This document shows, piece by piece, positions 42,023-55,002 of a stretch of DNA of 64,000 nt (positions within the stretch are counted from its first letter, which is position 1; each line of letters starts with the position of its first letter). Below the pieces are notes generated by a model. The model was not told where the DNA came from. It made no database searches and was given only the letters and a program-made list of their open reading frames with translations. The DNA is from an uncultured Actinomycetes bacterium (lineage in GTDB: Bacteria > Actinomycetota > UBA4738 > CALAEC01): contig CAZKFH010000003.1 of NCBI GenBank assembly GCA_964551945.1, positions 9,130 to 73,129 of the forward strand, written 5' to 3'. The translations under genes and the position numbers were made by a program.

Positions 42023-42429
42023 GCAGGTGCGCAGGTTCGCTCGAGGAACACGCGGATCGCGAGGAACGCATCGCCGTCGGCGAGCGCTTCGATGCAGGCA
42101 TCCTCGCCGGTCGCGGCGCTCTGCACTTCGTCGGTTTCGAGCTCGCGCCACGAGTCGCCCTCCGGCACGTAGAAGCGCGTGGCCCCGCCGGCGAATCGCT
42201 CGACGGTGATCGGGGGCGCCTCGCCGTCACGAAGGATCAGCTGGGTCTCGCCGATCTCCTCCAGCGAACCAGAGATCCACACGAGGGGTGGGTCGGTTGG
42301 GCCGCGCTCGGTCCGCTCGATCCCGGGCGATGCCGAGGTGGGCAGGAGCGGCTGCACCAGCAGCCGGTCGACCCCGAGCGCGACGACCGCCCCGATCCCG
42401 AGAAGCATCAAGGCACGCACGAACCGCAT
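42019..42429 (-). CDS. Membrane-anchored or secreted hypothetical protein (136 aa)
   Basis: N-terminal hydrophobic anchor (MRFVRALMLLGIGAVVALGV) followed by an acidic soluble domain. Confidence 0.55.
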   Translation of the reverse strand: MRFVRALMLLGIGAVVALGVDRLLVQPLLPTSASPGIERTERGPTDPPLVWISGSLEEIGETQLILRDGEAPPITVERFAGGATRFYVPEGDSWRELETDEVQSAATGEDACIEALADGDAFLAIRVFLERTCAPA

Positions 42430-42509
42430 CAGGCATTAAAGCGCCGAGCGCACCGATGCTGCTGAATCGGGTAGAAATAGGGGCTCATTCGAAGAGAGGA
42501 CCCCCGCTT

Positions 42510-43277
42510 TTGAACGTGATCGTCTTGGCCAAGTACGTCCCGAACCCCACGGGCACCCCCGAGATGGGGCCGGACAACCTCCTGGTCCGGGAGGGCGTCG
42601 AAGGCAGCCTCGACCCCGGCGACGAGCCCGCGATCGAGGCCGCCTTGGAGATGACGGAGAAAGCCGGGGGAGAGGTCACGGTCGTCTCGATGGGTCCCAC
42701 GTCCGCGATGGATGCGGTGCGCAAGGCCCTCTCCATCGGGGTACACAAGGGAGTCCTCATCACCGACGACGCGCTGCGCGGAGCCGACACCCTGGTGACG
42801 GCAACGGTCCTGTCGGCCGCGATCATGCTTCAGGAGTTCGACCTGGTGCTCGCGGCGGTGGAATCGACGGACGGGTACACGGGGACGATGCCGCAGACGC
42901 TCGCGGAGTTTCTCGGCGTCCCCGCGCTCACGTTCGCCCGCGGGTTCGAGCTCACCGACGGCGGCATCAAGATCGAGCGCCAGACCGAGAACGGCTATCA
43001 GGTCATCGAGTCCGCGCTCCCGGCGCTCGTCACGGTGACGGCCGGTGCGACGACGCCGCGCTACCCGACGTTGAAGGGGATCATGCAGGCGAAGTCGAAG
43101 CCGGTCGAGAACCTCACGCTCGCGGACCTCGGACTGACCCCCGAGAGCGTCCAGGCGACGCAGACCGTCTCGAGCGTGGAACCGGCTCCCGAGCGGCAGG
43201 CCGGCGAGGTTGTCGAGGACGGCGAGGCCGCCGTCGAGAAGGTCGTGCAGCTGCTCAAGGAAGCGAAGGTGATCTAG
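42510..43277 (+). CDS. etfB: Electron transfer flavoprotein beta subunit
   Basis: TTG start 9 nt after AGAGAGGA. Blocks VIVLAKYVPNP, DEPAIEAALEM, VSMGP and DLVLAAVESTDGYTGTMPQTLAEFLGVPALT. Confidence 0.9.
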   Translation: MNVIVLAKYVPNPTGTPEMGPDNLLVREGVEGSLDPGDEPAIEAALEMTEKAGGEVTVVSMGPTSAMDAVRKALSIGVHKGVLITDDALRGADTLVTATVLSAAIMLQEFDLVLAAVESTDGYTGTMPQTLAEFLGVPALTFARGFELTDGGIKIERQTENGYQVIESALPALVTVTAGATTPRYPTLKGIMQAKSKPVENLTLADLGLTPESVQATQTVSSVEPAPERQAGEVVEDGEAAVEKVVQLLKEAKVI

Positions 43278-44237
43278 ATGGCGTCTGTCTGGGTGTACGC
43301 GGAGCTCGACGGGTCCGGCGCCGTGTCGAAGTCCGCTCTGGAGCTCCTGACGAAAGCACGCGACCTCGGTGACTCGGTGGCCGCTGTCGTGCTCGGTTCC
43401 GGGGCGAAGGCTGCCGCCGCGGCGCTGGGCGAGCACGGCGCGGCGACCGTCTACGCGTCCGACGACGAGGTGTTCGACACGCATCTGGCGCAGCCGCGGG
43501 TCGAGGCCCTGCACCAGCTGATCACCGAGCACCAGCCGAACCTGCTGCTGTTCGCGAGCTCCTACGACTCGCGCGACGTCGCGGGGCGGCTCCAGGCACG
43601 CACCGCCTCGACCTTGATGGGCAACGCGACCGATGTGCTCGCGCCCGACAAGGCACAGACCCAGATCTTCGGCGGGTCGAAGATCGTGGACGTCGAGCTC
43701 AAGGGCCCGGACCCGAAGCTCGTGCTGGTCCGCCCGAAGTCGTTCGTGGCCGAGCCCTCGGGTGGCTCCGCCGAGGTCGTGGATGTCACCGTCGACGTCG
43801 GTGACGACCTCAAGCACGCGCGTGTGGTCGAGCGTCACGAGGAAGAGGCCTCCGGCCCGAAGCTCGAGGACGCCCCCGTGGTGGTCTCGGGTGGCCGCGG
43901 GCTGCAGGACGCCAAGAACTTCGAGCTCCTAGAGGAGCTCGCCAAGAGCCTCGGGAAGGCTGCGGTGGGCGCCACGCGGGCGGTCGTGGACGCCGGCTGG
44001 GTGCCGTACAACATGCAGATCGGCCAGACCGGCATCACCGTCAAGCCGGATGTGTACATCGCGATCGGGATCAGCGGGGCGACGCAGCACCAGGTCGGGA
44101 TGCGGGACTCCAAGCGCATCATCGCGATCAACAAGGATCCCGACGCGCCGATCTTCAAGCTCGCCGATCTCGGGATCGTCGGTGACGCGCTGAAGATCGT
44201 GCCCGCGATCACCGAGGCGATCCGCTCCTCGGGGTAG
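43278..44237 (+). CDS. etfA: Electron transfer flavoprotein alpha subunit
   Basis: ATG directly follows the etfB TAG. C-terminal FAD-binding blocks (VVSGGRGL, GATRAVVDAGW, QIGQTGITVKPDVYIAIGISGATQH, IIAINKDPDAPIF). Confidence 0.93.
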   Translation: MASVWVYAELDGSGAVSKSALELLTKARDLGDSVAAVVLGSGAKAAAAALGEHGAATVYASDDEVFDTHLAQPRVEALHQLITEHQPNLLLFASSYDSRDVAGRLQARTASTLMGNATDVLAPDKAQTQIFGGSKIVDVELKGPDPKLVLVRPKSFVAEPSGGSAEVVDVTVDVGDDLKHARVVERHEEEASGPKLEDAPVVVSGGRGLQDAKNFELLEELAKSLGKAAVGATRAVVDAGWVPYNMQIGQTGITVKPDVYIAIGISGATQHQVGMRDSKRIIAINKDPDAPIFKLADLGIVGDALKIVPAITEAIRSSG

Positions 44238-44283
44238 CGGGAACCCATGTCGCACGCAGCGCAGCGCGAGGACAGCTGACGCC

Positions 44284-45750
44284 GTGGCCAAGACGTGGGA
44301 CCACCTCGACCCCCGGACGACGGTCCGGATGCAGGAGATGCTCCTGCGTTCGATGGTTCGCCGGTTCCTGTATCCGTTCAGCCCGTTCTACCGCGCGCTG
44401 TTCGACGAGCACGGGATCAAGCCGAAGAAGATCAAGGGCATGCGGGATCTGGAGCAGATCCCCACGGTCTCCGCGAAGGACTTCGAGAGCATCCCCGAAG
44501 ATCAGTGGCGCCCCTTTCGCGCGTTGCTGCATCCCGACGAGCACAGCCTGAAGCGCTCGGCCCATCGCCAGCTCCTGCGCCGTGTCGCGAAGGAGAAGCT
44601 GTTCCGCGGCGACGAGGCGGCCGAGCGGCTCTTGGCCGAAGAGTTCAAGCCGCTCCATATGCATCTCCCGGATGGACCAGGGCCGTTGATGGGGTACACG
44701 ATCCGCGACCTCTCTGCCTTCGCTCAAGGTGCGGCGCGGGCCCTCGCCGTCGCCGGCGCGAAGCGCTCCGACGTGATGATCTCGACACTGCCGTTCGGCC
44801 CTTCCCTCCCGTTCTGGCACGCGTACTACGGGGCCATCGGGGCGGGGATGTCGGCGTTCCACCTTGGCGGCGGAGCGGTTGTCCGGCCCGGCCAGACGGC
44901 GCAATGGATGCAGCGAGTGTCCGCGAGCGTTCTGCTGGCGCAGCCCGGTTACGCAGAGGGTTTGCTGCGCGGCGCGCCGCCCTCCACGCTGGCGGCGCTC
45001 CGGTTGCTGCTCCTCTGGGCCCCGACGGAGATGCAGGGAGCGAGAGAGCGGTACCTCGTTCGCCTACGGACCGGCGGCGCGTCGGAGGCCAGGGTCTCGA
45101 CGCTCCTCGGTATCCCGGAAGCACGGGTCGCGTGGGCCGAGTGCCCGGTCTCGTCCGACCAGCCGGACGTCTCGTTCGGCTATCACACCAATCCCGACCT
45201 CGAGCTGCTGGAGGTCGTGGACGAGCAGGGCCACACGCTCGGCGAAGGAGAGGCGGGAGAGCTCGTCTACACGTCGCTGGACTGGCGAGGCTCCGCGCTC
45301 CTTCGCTACCGAACCGGCATCGTCGCCCGGCGCGGGATCACCTGGGAGCGGTGTCCAGGTTGCAGGCGGACGGTGCCGAGGGTCGAGGCCGACCTCTCCA
45401 GGGTCGAGTGGCGCACGAAGATCCTCGGCGCACGCGGGAACGTGACCGTGGATATCGCCGACGTGATCCCCCTGCTGTGGCGCGCAACCGGCGTCGCGCT
45501 CTGGCAGCTCGATGTCGCGAAGGGTGCGGGAGAGCGTGGCACCGACGTCGCCACCGCCTATCTGGCCGGTGCGCTCCCGCGGGACGCGGAGGAGCTGCGC
45601 ACGAGCCTGGAGCCCTACGGTGTCAGGACGCGCGTCGTCGACTTCGCGCAGTTCGCCCGTCGCCTCGGCGTGGGGCTGGAGCGTCCGGAGGTCCGGGTGC
45701 GTGTACGGGACGGCTCGCAGGCGGTCGAAACCGAAGCGCCGGCACCCTAG
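44284..45750 (+). CDS. Phenylacetate-CoA ligase / F390-synthetase-like adenylate-forming enzyme
   Basis: PaaK-family N-terminus (LLRSMVRRFLYPFSPFYRALFDEHGIKPKKIKGMRDLEQIPTVSAKDF) and a later GELVYTSL block. The family call is made by eye only. Confidence 0.75.
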   Translation: MAKTWDHLDPRTTVRMQEMLLRSMVRRFLYPFSPFYRALFDEHGIKPKKIKGMRDLEQIPTVSAKDFESIPEDQWRPFRALLHPDEHSLKRSAHRQLLRRVAKEKLFRGDEAAERLLAEEFKPLHMHLPDGPGPLMGYTIRDLSAFAQGAARALAVAGAKRSDVMISTLPFGPSLPFWHAYYGAIGAGMSAFHLGGGAVVRPGQTAQWMQRVSASVLLAQPGYAEGLLRGAPPSTLAALRLLLLWAPTEMQGARERYLVRLRTGGASEARVSTLLGIPEARVAWAECPVSSDQPDVSFGYHTNPDLELLEVVDEQGHTLGEGEAGELVYTSLDWRGSALLRYRTGIVARRGITWERCPGCRRTVPRVEADLSRVEWRTKILGARGNVTVDIADVIPLLWRATGVALWQLDVAKGAGERGTDVATAYLAGALPRDAEELRTSLEPYGVRTRVVDFAQFARRLGVGLERPEVRVRVRDGSQAVETEAPAP

Positions 45751-46403
45751 GCGTCGGGGAGCTCGGCGAACGCACGGACAGGGAACGACGCGCCGCCGAC
45801 GATCTTCGGCGGTACCGCGAAGAAGCGGAAGCCTTCCCTGGGCAGCGCTTCGAGACCGCACAGGTGCTCGACGATCGGGATCCCGGCCTCGAGCAGACGC
45901 GTGTGCGCCGGCCGGACCGGGTCCGTCGTGTCGTCCACGTTGTTGAAGTCCACCCCGAGCAGCGTCGCGCCGTTTTCGATCAGCAGGTCGAGCGTTCCAG
46001 CCGAGAGCCAGGGGTCGCCCTGGAAGTAGGCATCCGTTCCCCAGTGTCGATCCCAGCCGGTGCGGATGAGCACGGCGCGTCCGCGGACCTCCTCGGCAGG
46101 CAGGTCTATCTCGATCGGTTCTGCGTTGGCGGGCCCGTCGACGACGATGCCGGGGATCCCCGCGAGCCGCTCCAGCCCAAGACCGCTGAGGTCCTCCCGC
46201 TCGCGGTGTCGATGAAAGGGTGCGTCCACGTACGTGCCGGTGTTGCCGGGGATGTCGAAGCGCCCGAGGTAGAACTCGGCCTTGCCTTCGTACCGCTCAC
46301 GCGAGGCATCGTGGTCGAGGTAGGCGGAGAGGCGTGCCTCCGGGAGGACTCCCGGGAACGTCTGCATCCCGTCCTCGATGGTGAAGCTCAGGTCGACGAA
46401 CAT
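45747..46403 (-). CDS. Cyclase family protein (kynurenine-formamidase-like fold)
   Basis: ATG at 46403 gives 218 aa with GTYVDAPFH, VLIRTGWDRHWG and LLGVDFNNVD. The rest of the 461-aa track ORF lies antisense to mnmA and is rejected. Confidence 0.75.
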   Translation of the reverse strand: MFVDLSFTIEDGMQTFPGVLPEARLSAYLDHDASRERYEGKAEFYLGRFDIPGNTGTYVDAPFHRHREREDLSGLGLERLAGIPGIVVDGPANAEPIEIDLPAEEVRGRAVLIRTGWDRHWGTDAYFQGDPWLSAGTLDLLIENGATLLGVDFNNVDDTTDPVRPAHTRLLEAGIPIVEHLCGLEALPREGFRFFAVPPKIVGGASFPVRAFAELPDA

Positions 46404-46430
46404 CCGAGGGCCGATGCTACCCTCGAACGC

Positions 46431-47495
46431 ATGGCGAAGGTGCTCGTCGCGATGAGCGGTGGAGTCGATTCCTCGGTCGCCGCGTGCCTGCTCGCGGAGC
46501 AGGGGCACGAGGTGCTCGGCTCTCACCTGAAGCTCGTGCACACCGGCGGAGTTGATCATGGGTGCTGCGGGCCCAGTGCGGAGACGGACGCACGCGGGGT
46601 TGCCGACCACGCCGGGTTTCCCTTCGAGATCGCCGACATGTCCGAGGTGTTCGAGGAGCGCATCGTGGGCGACTACGTCGCGGAGCACGAGTCGGGTCGG
46701 ACCCCGAATCCCTGCGTGCGCTGCAACGAGCGCATCAAGTTCGGCGCGTTCCTGGATCGAGCCAACGAGCTCGGTTTCGATTTCGTCGCAACCGGTCATT
46801 ACGTGCGCACGCAGCGAGATCCTGGCGGTCGGTGGCGCCTCTTCCGCGGGCTCGACCGCTCGAAGGACCAGTCGTATGTCCTCGCTGGGCTGACGCAAGC
46901 GCAGCTCGCGCGCTCGCTCTTCCCGGTCGGGAGCCAGACGAAGGTCGAGACGAGGACGCACGCCGAGCGGTTCGGGCTCTCCATCGCCGGCAAGCCCGAC
47001 TCGCAGGATCTGTGCTTCGCCCCGGCGGGGGACGCGGGAGCGTTCCTCGAAGCGCGGGCTCCGCATCTCGCTAGAGAAGGCGAGGTTGTCGACGCCGAGG
47101 GGAGAGTCCTCGCTACGCACGGCGGCGCGCATCGGTACACCGTCGGGCAGCGAAAGGGCCTCGGCGTGTCGACCGGCGATCGCACGTATGTCCTGGAGAT
47201 CGATGCGCCGGCGAATCGGGTCGTGGTCGGACCGTCCGCGCTGCTCACCCGCGCCGGACTTCTCGCCGAGGGCGTCAACTGGATCGCGGAGGCGTCCGCC
47301 GGACCCTTCGAGGCGACCGTGAAGATCCGGTATCGCGGCGAGGACGTCCCCGCGGTCGTGGAACCCACCGGAGTGGCCGGGGCGCGTGTGGAGTTCCGTT
47401 CCCCTCAGCCGGCGGTCACGCCGGGCCAGGCCGTCGTCTTCTATGTCGGCGACGGGGTGGTCGGTGGGGGGACCATAGAGCGCAGCCTCGCATGA
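46431..47495 (+). CDS. mnmA: tRNA-specific 2-thiouridylase
   Basis: PP-loop VAMSGGVDSSV, NPCVRCNERIKF, ATGHY, DRSKDQSYVL. It is embedded in a 1066-aa GC-artifact ORF, and only this segment looks real. Confidence 0.92.
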   Translation: MAKVLVAMSGGVDSSVAACLLAEQGHEVLGSHLKLVHTGGVDHGCCGPSAETDARGVADHAGFPFEIADMSEVFEERIVGDYVAEHESGRTPNPCVRCNERIKFGAFLDRANELGFDFVATGHYVRTQRDPGGRWRLFRGLDRSKDQSYVLAGLTQAQLARSLFPVGSQTKVETRTHAERFGLSIAGKPDSQDLCFAPAGDAGAFLEARAPHLAREGEVVDAEGRVLATHGGAHRYTVGQRKGLGVSTGDRTYVLEIDAPANRVVVGPSALLTRAGLLAEGVNWIAEASAGPFEATVKIRYRGEDVPAVVEPTGVAGARVEFRSPQPAVTPGQAVVFYVGDGVVGGGTIERSLA

Positions 47496-47548
47496 GGTGG
47501 GGGAGGCCGATGCTAGGCTCGCGAGGGCTCGGAGAAGGAGGTCGCTGG

Positions 47549-48454
47549 ATGCGCAAGGGTCTGATCGGTGCGGTTCTCGTATCGCTGCTGGGCATCGCCT
47601 GCGCCCCCGAAGAGGAGGCGACTCCCGGCGGCGGGGATGGCGGAAATCAGGCGACCACCTGCTCCAAGGACGCCCTCCCGCTTCTATCTGCGGGTCGCTT
47701 GACGGTCGGGACCGACAACCCCGCGTACCCTCCGTGGTTCTCGGGCGGAAGTCCGAAGAGCTCGCCGTGGGAGATCAACGATCCCACGACCGGCGAGGGG
47801 TTCGAGAGTGCGGTGACCTACGCGGTCGCCGAGCAGCTCGGGTTCTCGGCGGAGGAGGTCGACTGGCTCGAGGTGCCGTTCAACCAGTCCTTCAAGCCCG
47901 GCCCGAAGGATTTCGACCTGTTCATCAATCAGGTCTCCTACAGCCCCGCTCGCGATGAGGCGGTCGATTTCACCGAGGCGTACTACGAGGTGAACCAGTC
48001 GCTCGTTGCGACCGAGGGCACGCCGATCACCAACGCGACGAGCGTGGCGGAGCTCGCGGATTACAAGCTTGGCGCGCCGATCGGGACCACGAGCTTCGAC
48101 TACATCGACGAGTACATCCAGCCGAGCGAGGACCCGGCCGTGTACGACACGCTGAACGATTCGGTCTCGGCGCTCAACAACGGGCAGGTGGACGGGATCG
48201 TGGTGGACCTGCCGACCGGCTTCTATCTGGCCGACCCGTTCGTCCAAGAGGTCAAGAACGGCGTGATCGTTGGTCAGTTCCCGACGGTCGGGGCGCAGGA
48301 GTACTTCGGGATGGTGCTCGAGGACGGCAGCCCAATCGCCCAGTGCCTGAACGAGGCCTTGCGGGAGCTGAAGACCGACGGCACGCTGGCAGCGATCCAG
48401 CAAGAGTGGCTCTCCGAGAAGACGAACGTCGGCGAGGCACCTGTTCTCGAGTAG
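47549..48454 (+). CDS. ABC transporter substrate-binding lipoprotein, polar amino-acid type
   Basis: ATG lies 7 nt after GAAGGAGG. Lipobox-like LLGIAC and family-3 SBP blocks (LTVGTDNPAYPPW, DLFINQVSYSPARDEAVDFTEAYY). Confidence 0.85.
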   Translation: MRKGLIGAVLVSLLGIACAPEEEATPGGGDGGNQATTCSKDALPLLSAGRLTVGTDNPAYPPWFSGGSPKSSPWEINDPTTGEGFESAVTYAVAEQLGFSAEEVDWLEVPFNQSFKPGPKDFDLFINQVSYSPARDEAVDFTEAYYEVNQSLVATEGTPITNATSVAELADYKLGAPIGTTSFDYIDEYIQPSEDPAVYDTLNDSVSALNNGQVDGIVVDLPTGFYLADPFVQEVKNGVIVGQFPTVGAQEYFGMVLEDGSPIAQCLNEALRELKTDGTLAAIQQEWLSEKTNVGEAPVLE

Positions 48455-48463
48455 CCGGGCCCA

Positions 48464-49336
48464 GTGAGCGCGGGGGTACCACCCACCCTCGAGGTGGACA
48501 CGCCACCCGGAGATCGTCGATCGCGGATCCTGGGCGGGGGCTCCGGCGGCCGCACCGTCACGATCGCGATCGCGAGCACGGTCGTGTTCTTCACGGTCCT
48601 GATCGTCGCCATCCTGAACTCACCCGGCTGGCCCGAGGTCCGCGAGTCGTTCTTCAACGGCCGCGTGTTCGCGGACTCGTTCCCGCAGATCTTCGAGAAG
48701 TTCCTGAAGAACGTCTTCGTGTTCATGGTCGCGGAGGTGTTCATCCTGGTGCTTGCCCTCTTCATCGCGGTCCTGCGCTCCCTGCCGGGTCCGGTCTTCT
48801 TCCCGATCCGTGCCCTCGCGGTGATCTACACCGACCTCTTCCGTGGCATCCCGACAGTGCTCGTCATCTACATCCTCGGGTTCGGCGCTCCGGGCCTGCA
48901 GCTCCAGGGCGTCCCGAAGTCGCCGCTGTTCTGGGGGATCGTGGCCTTGGTCCTCGTGTACTCGGCGTACGTCGCCGAGGTCTACCGCGCGGGCATCGAG
49001 TCGGTGCACCCGAGCCAGGTCGCGGCGGCGCGGTCGCTCGGGCTCTCCCGGTGGAAGGCCCTGCGGTTCGTCGTGCTGCCTCAGGCGGTCAGGCGCGTGA
49101 TCCCGCCGTTGCTGAATGACTTCATCGGCCTGCAGAAGGACACCGCGCTGCTCGCGCTGATCGGCGTGCTCGAGACCTTCCGGCAGTCACAGGTGAACGC
49201 CGCGGGCGCGTTCAACTACACGCCCTACCTCGCGACCGCGCTCCTGTTCGTGCTGTTCACGATCCCGCTCGCGCGACTCACGGACTGGCTCATCGCCCGG
49301 GAGCGCAGGCGACGACAGGCCGGGGTGGTGGCGTGA
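48464..49336 (+). CDS. ABC transporter permease, polar amino-acid (HisM/GlnP) type
   Basis: Polytopic, with an EAA-type loop (AARSLGLSRWKALRFVVLPQAVRRVIPPLLN). Confidence 0.88.
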   Translation: MSAGVPPTLEVDTPPGDRRSRILGGGSGGRTVTIAIASTVVFFTVLIVAILNSPGWPEVRESFFNGRVFADSFPQIFEKFLKNVFVFMVAEVFILVLALFIAVLRSLPGPVFFPIRALAVIYTDLFRGIPTVLVIYILGFGAPGLQLQGVPKSPLFWGIVALVLVYSAYVAEVYRAGIESVHPSQVAAARSLGLSRWKALRFVVLPQAVRRVIPPLLNDFIGLQKDTALLALIGVLETFRQSQVNAAGAFNYTPYLATALLFVLFTIPLARLTDWLIARERRRRQAGVVA

Positions 49337-50088
49337 GCGCCAACAGCTCGTTCCTCCGCGTCGAGGGCGCACACAAGTCCTTCGGCAAGCTCGAGGTGCT
49401 GCGCGGGGTGGACCTGGAGGTCGCGCGACACGAGGTCGTCGCGCTGATCGGCCCGTCGGGCTCGGGGAAGTCGACGCTGCTGCGTTGCATCAACCTGCTG
49501 GAGCGACTCGATGCGGGCCGGATCCTGATCGACGGCGATGTCGTGACCGGGAAGGGTGTGGATGAGGATCGCATCCGCAGCGGGATCGGCATCGTGTTCC
49601 AGGCGTTCAACCTGTTTCCTCACATGACGGTGCTGCGGAACATCTCCCTCGGGCCGGTCGAGGCGCTCGGTCGATCTCGGGAGGACGCCGCGACGGATGC
49701 CGACGAGCTGCTGCGCAGGTTCGGGCTGCTCGACAAGCGGAACGAGTACCCCGACCGACTGTCCGGTGGGCAGCAGCAGCGGGTGGCGATCATCCGTGCG
49801 CTCGCGATGCGGCCGAAGCTGATGCTCCTGGACGAGGTAACGAGTGCGCTCGATCCGGAGCTCGTCGCCGAGGTCCTCGAGGTGATCAGGGAGCTGGCCG
49901 ACGGCGGGATGACGATGCTGATCGCGACGCACGAGATGGGGTTCGCGCGTGACATCGCGAGCCGCGTGTGCTTCCTCGATGAGGGGCTCGTGATCGAGGA
50001 AGGACCGCCCGACCGCATCTTCACCCAGCCCTCGAGCCCTCGGACGCAGCGGTTCCTCCAGCGACTGATCGACGCCGGTCGCCTGTAG
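49333..50088 (+). CDS. ABC transporter ATP-binding protein, GlnQ-like
   Basis: Walker A GPSGSGKST, signature LSGGQQQRVAIIRAL, Walker B LMLLDE. GTGA overlap with the permease gene. Confidence 0.93.
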   Translation: MSANSSFLRVEGAHKSFGKLEVLRGVDLEVARHEVVALIGPSGSGKSTLLRCINLLERLDAGRILIDGDVVTGKGVDEDRIRSGIGIVFQAFNLFPHMTVLRNISLGPVEALGRSREDAATDADELLRRFGLLDKRNEYPDRLSGGQQQRVAIIRALAMRPKLMLLDEVTSALDPELVAEVLEVIRELADGGMTMLIATHEMGFARDIASRVCFLDEGLVIEEGPPDRIFTQPSSPRTQRFLQRLIDAGRL

Positions 50089-50134
50089 GTCGACCGCGAG
50101 GTACGCTCTCGTCTCGCCCACGAGAGGAGGAGCT

Positions 50135-50494
50135 ATGACCAACCTGCATGCGGGCAACCTGGATCAGCCCGACGAGACCAGGACCTTCGAGAACGGGCAC
50201 GTGGATCTCGTCCGCCTTGGGGACGTGGCGATCGGGCGGTCCACCTTCGAGCCAGGGTGGCGGTGGTCGAAGTCCGTGAAGCCGATCGCCGGGACCGAGA
50301 GCTGCGAGGCGCAGCACGTCGGGTACGCCCTCTCCGGAACGCTGCACGTCGTTTCCAACGACGGTGGGGAGGCCGAGGTCGGCCCCGGACAGGCATACGT
50401 CATCATGCCGGGTCACGATGCATGGGTCGTCGGCGACGAGACCTTCGTCGGCCTCGAGTTCCAGAGCGCCGAGACGTACGCGAAGCCCACCTAG
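50135..50494 (+). CDS. Cupin-domain protein
   Basis: 119 aa with GAGAGGAGGAG RBS. Beta-barrel-type sequence with a conserved His (CEAQHVGYALSGTLHV). Confidence 0.7.
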   Translation: MTNLHAGNLDQPDETRTFENGHVDLVRLGDVAIGRSTFEPGWRWSKSVKPIAGTESCEAQHVGYALSGTLHVVSNDGGEAEVGPGQAYVIMPGHDAWVVGDETFVGLEFQSAETYAKPT

Positions 50495-50498
50495 CCGT

Positions 50499-54054
<3,556 letters not shown>

Positions 54055-54096
54055 GGCTGCGCTACGCTGCTGTCAGGCCAACGACAGGAGGCTGGC

Positions 54097-54261
54097 ATGG
54101 CGAGAAGAGGTGGAAGCGCGATCGGGCCGAGGATCATCTTGCTCGTCCTCGCGGTCCTTTGCTTTGCGATCGTAGCGTTCGGAATCGACTTGGACCTCGG
54201 AGGCGTGAACTTCGACGGCATGGGCCTCGCCCTGTTCGCCGCCTCGTTCATCTTCCCGTAG
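54097..54261 (+). CDS. Small 2-TM membrane protein (54 aa), not in the supplied ORF track
   Basis: ATG lies 6 nt after AGGAGG. Reads MARRGGSAIGPRIILLVLAVLCFAIVAFGIDLDLGGVNFDGMGLALFAASFIFP, then TAG at 54259..54261. Two hydrophobic helices with a positive-inside N-terminus. Confidence 0.45.
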   Translation: MARRGGSAIGPRIILLVLAVLCFAIVAFGIDLDLGGVNFDGMGLALFAASFIFP

Positions 54262-54281
54262 GGCTGATCCGTCGAGCATTG

Positions 54282-54971
54282 ATGGTGCGTTGCAGCGCGG
54301 CGGTCCTTGCGATGCTGTTACTGGTCGCGTGCGGGCGTTTTACGGGTTCGGAGCCCGTTGCCGGACCGACTACGGTCGCACCTACTCCGGGCGATTCGGA
54401 ATCTGTCGCGGAGCTGGTCTGCGAGGTGGGAGGAGCGCGTCTCCTCAGTTCCATAGTGGAAGTGCATACCGATGGTGTCCATGTGGTCATCGACAACAGG
54501 TCCGGCCGCAACCTCGGCTTCGCGTATGAAGGGGCCTACCTCACCGGGGGTGGAGGCGGGGCCGACCGGGGAAAGACCAGGCTCGTCCTCGATCTGCCGC
54601 CCGGCCCTGCGAAGCTCCGCTGCGTGGGGCCAGGACAGGATGCGGGCTGGGAGACTCTACAGGTCGTCGACCCGGGCGGCACGTGGACATCCAGGGAACT
54701 CGACTGCCGCACTCCAAGATACGGGGGTGACTATGCGGTCGCCCCAAAGAGTGATCCTCGTGAGCCAATGGTCGTAGCGCGCGACTACCTCGATCCGCGA
54801 CCGGAGGACGAGGTCGTGCCAGCCGGCTACCCAGAAGCGGAAACAAGGACGTTCGTCCTCGTACGCGACGGTCGCAGGATCGCGCGCGTGGACCTCCTCG
54901 ATGCTTCCTTGGCCGGTGGGGAAGCGGCAGGTGGATGGATCAAGGAAAACCTCGTCTCCTGCGGACAATGA
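54282..54971 (+). CDS. Lipoprotein of unknown function
   Basis: ATG at 54282 and a signal peptide with lipobox LLLVAC. 229 aa soluble domain containing 4 further Cys residues. Confidence 0.6.
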   Translation: MVRCSAAVLAMLLLVACGRFTGSEPVAGPTTVAPTPGDSESVAELVCEVGGARLLSSIVEVHTDGVHVVIDNRSGRNLGFAYEGAYLTGGGGGADRGKTRLVLDLPPGPAKLRCVGPGQDAGWETLQVVDPGGTWTSRELDCRTPRYGGDYAVAPKSDPREPMVVARDYLDPRPEDEVVPAGYPEAETRTFVLVRDGRRIARVDLLDASLAGGEAAGGWIKENLVSCGQ

Positions 54972-55002
54972 GCGCGAACGGGAGGCTCGCTAGACTGGCC
55001 CA

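Noticed and set aside
44295-47495. 1066-aa plus-strand ORF
   Set aside because: Only the last 354 codons (mnmA, 46431..47495) look like protein. The upstream part is Arg/Pro/Ala-rich. It overlaps the well-supported PaaK-like gene in another frame and the cyclase gene on the other strand.
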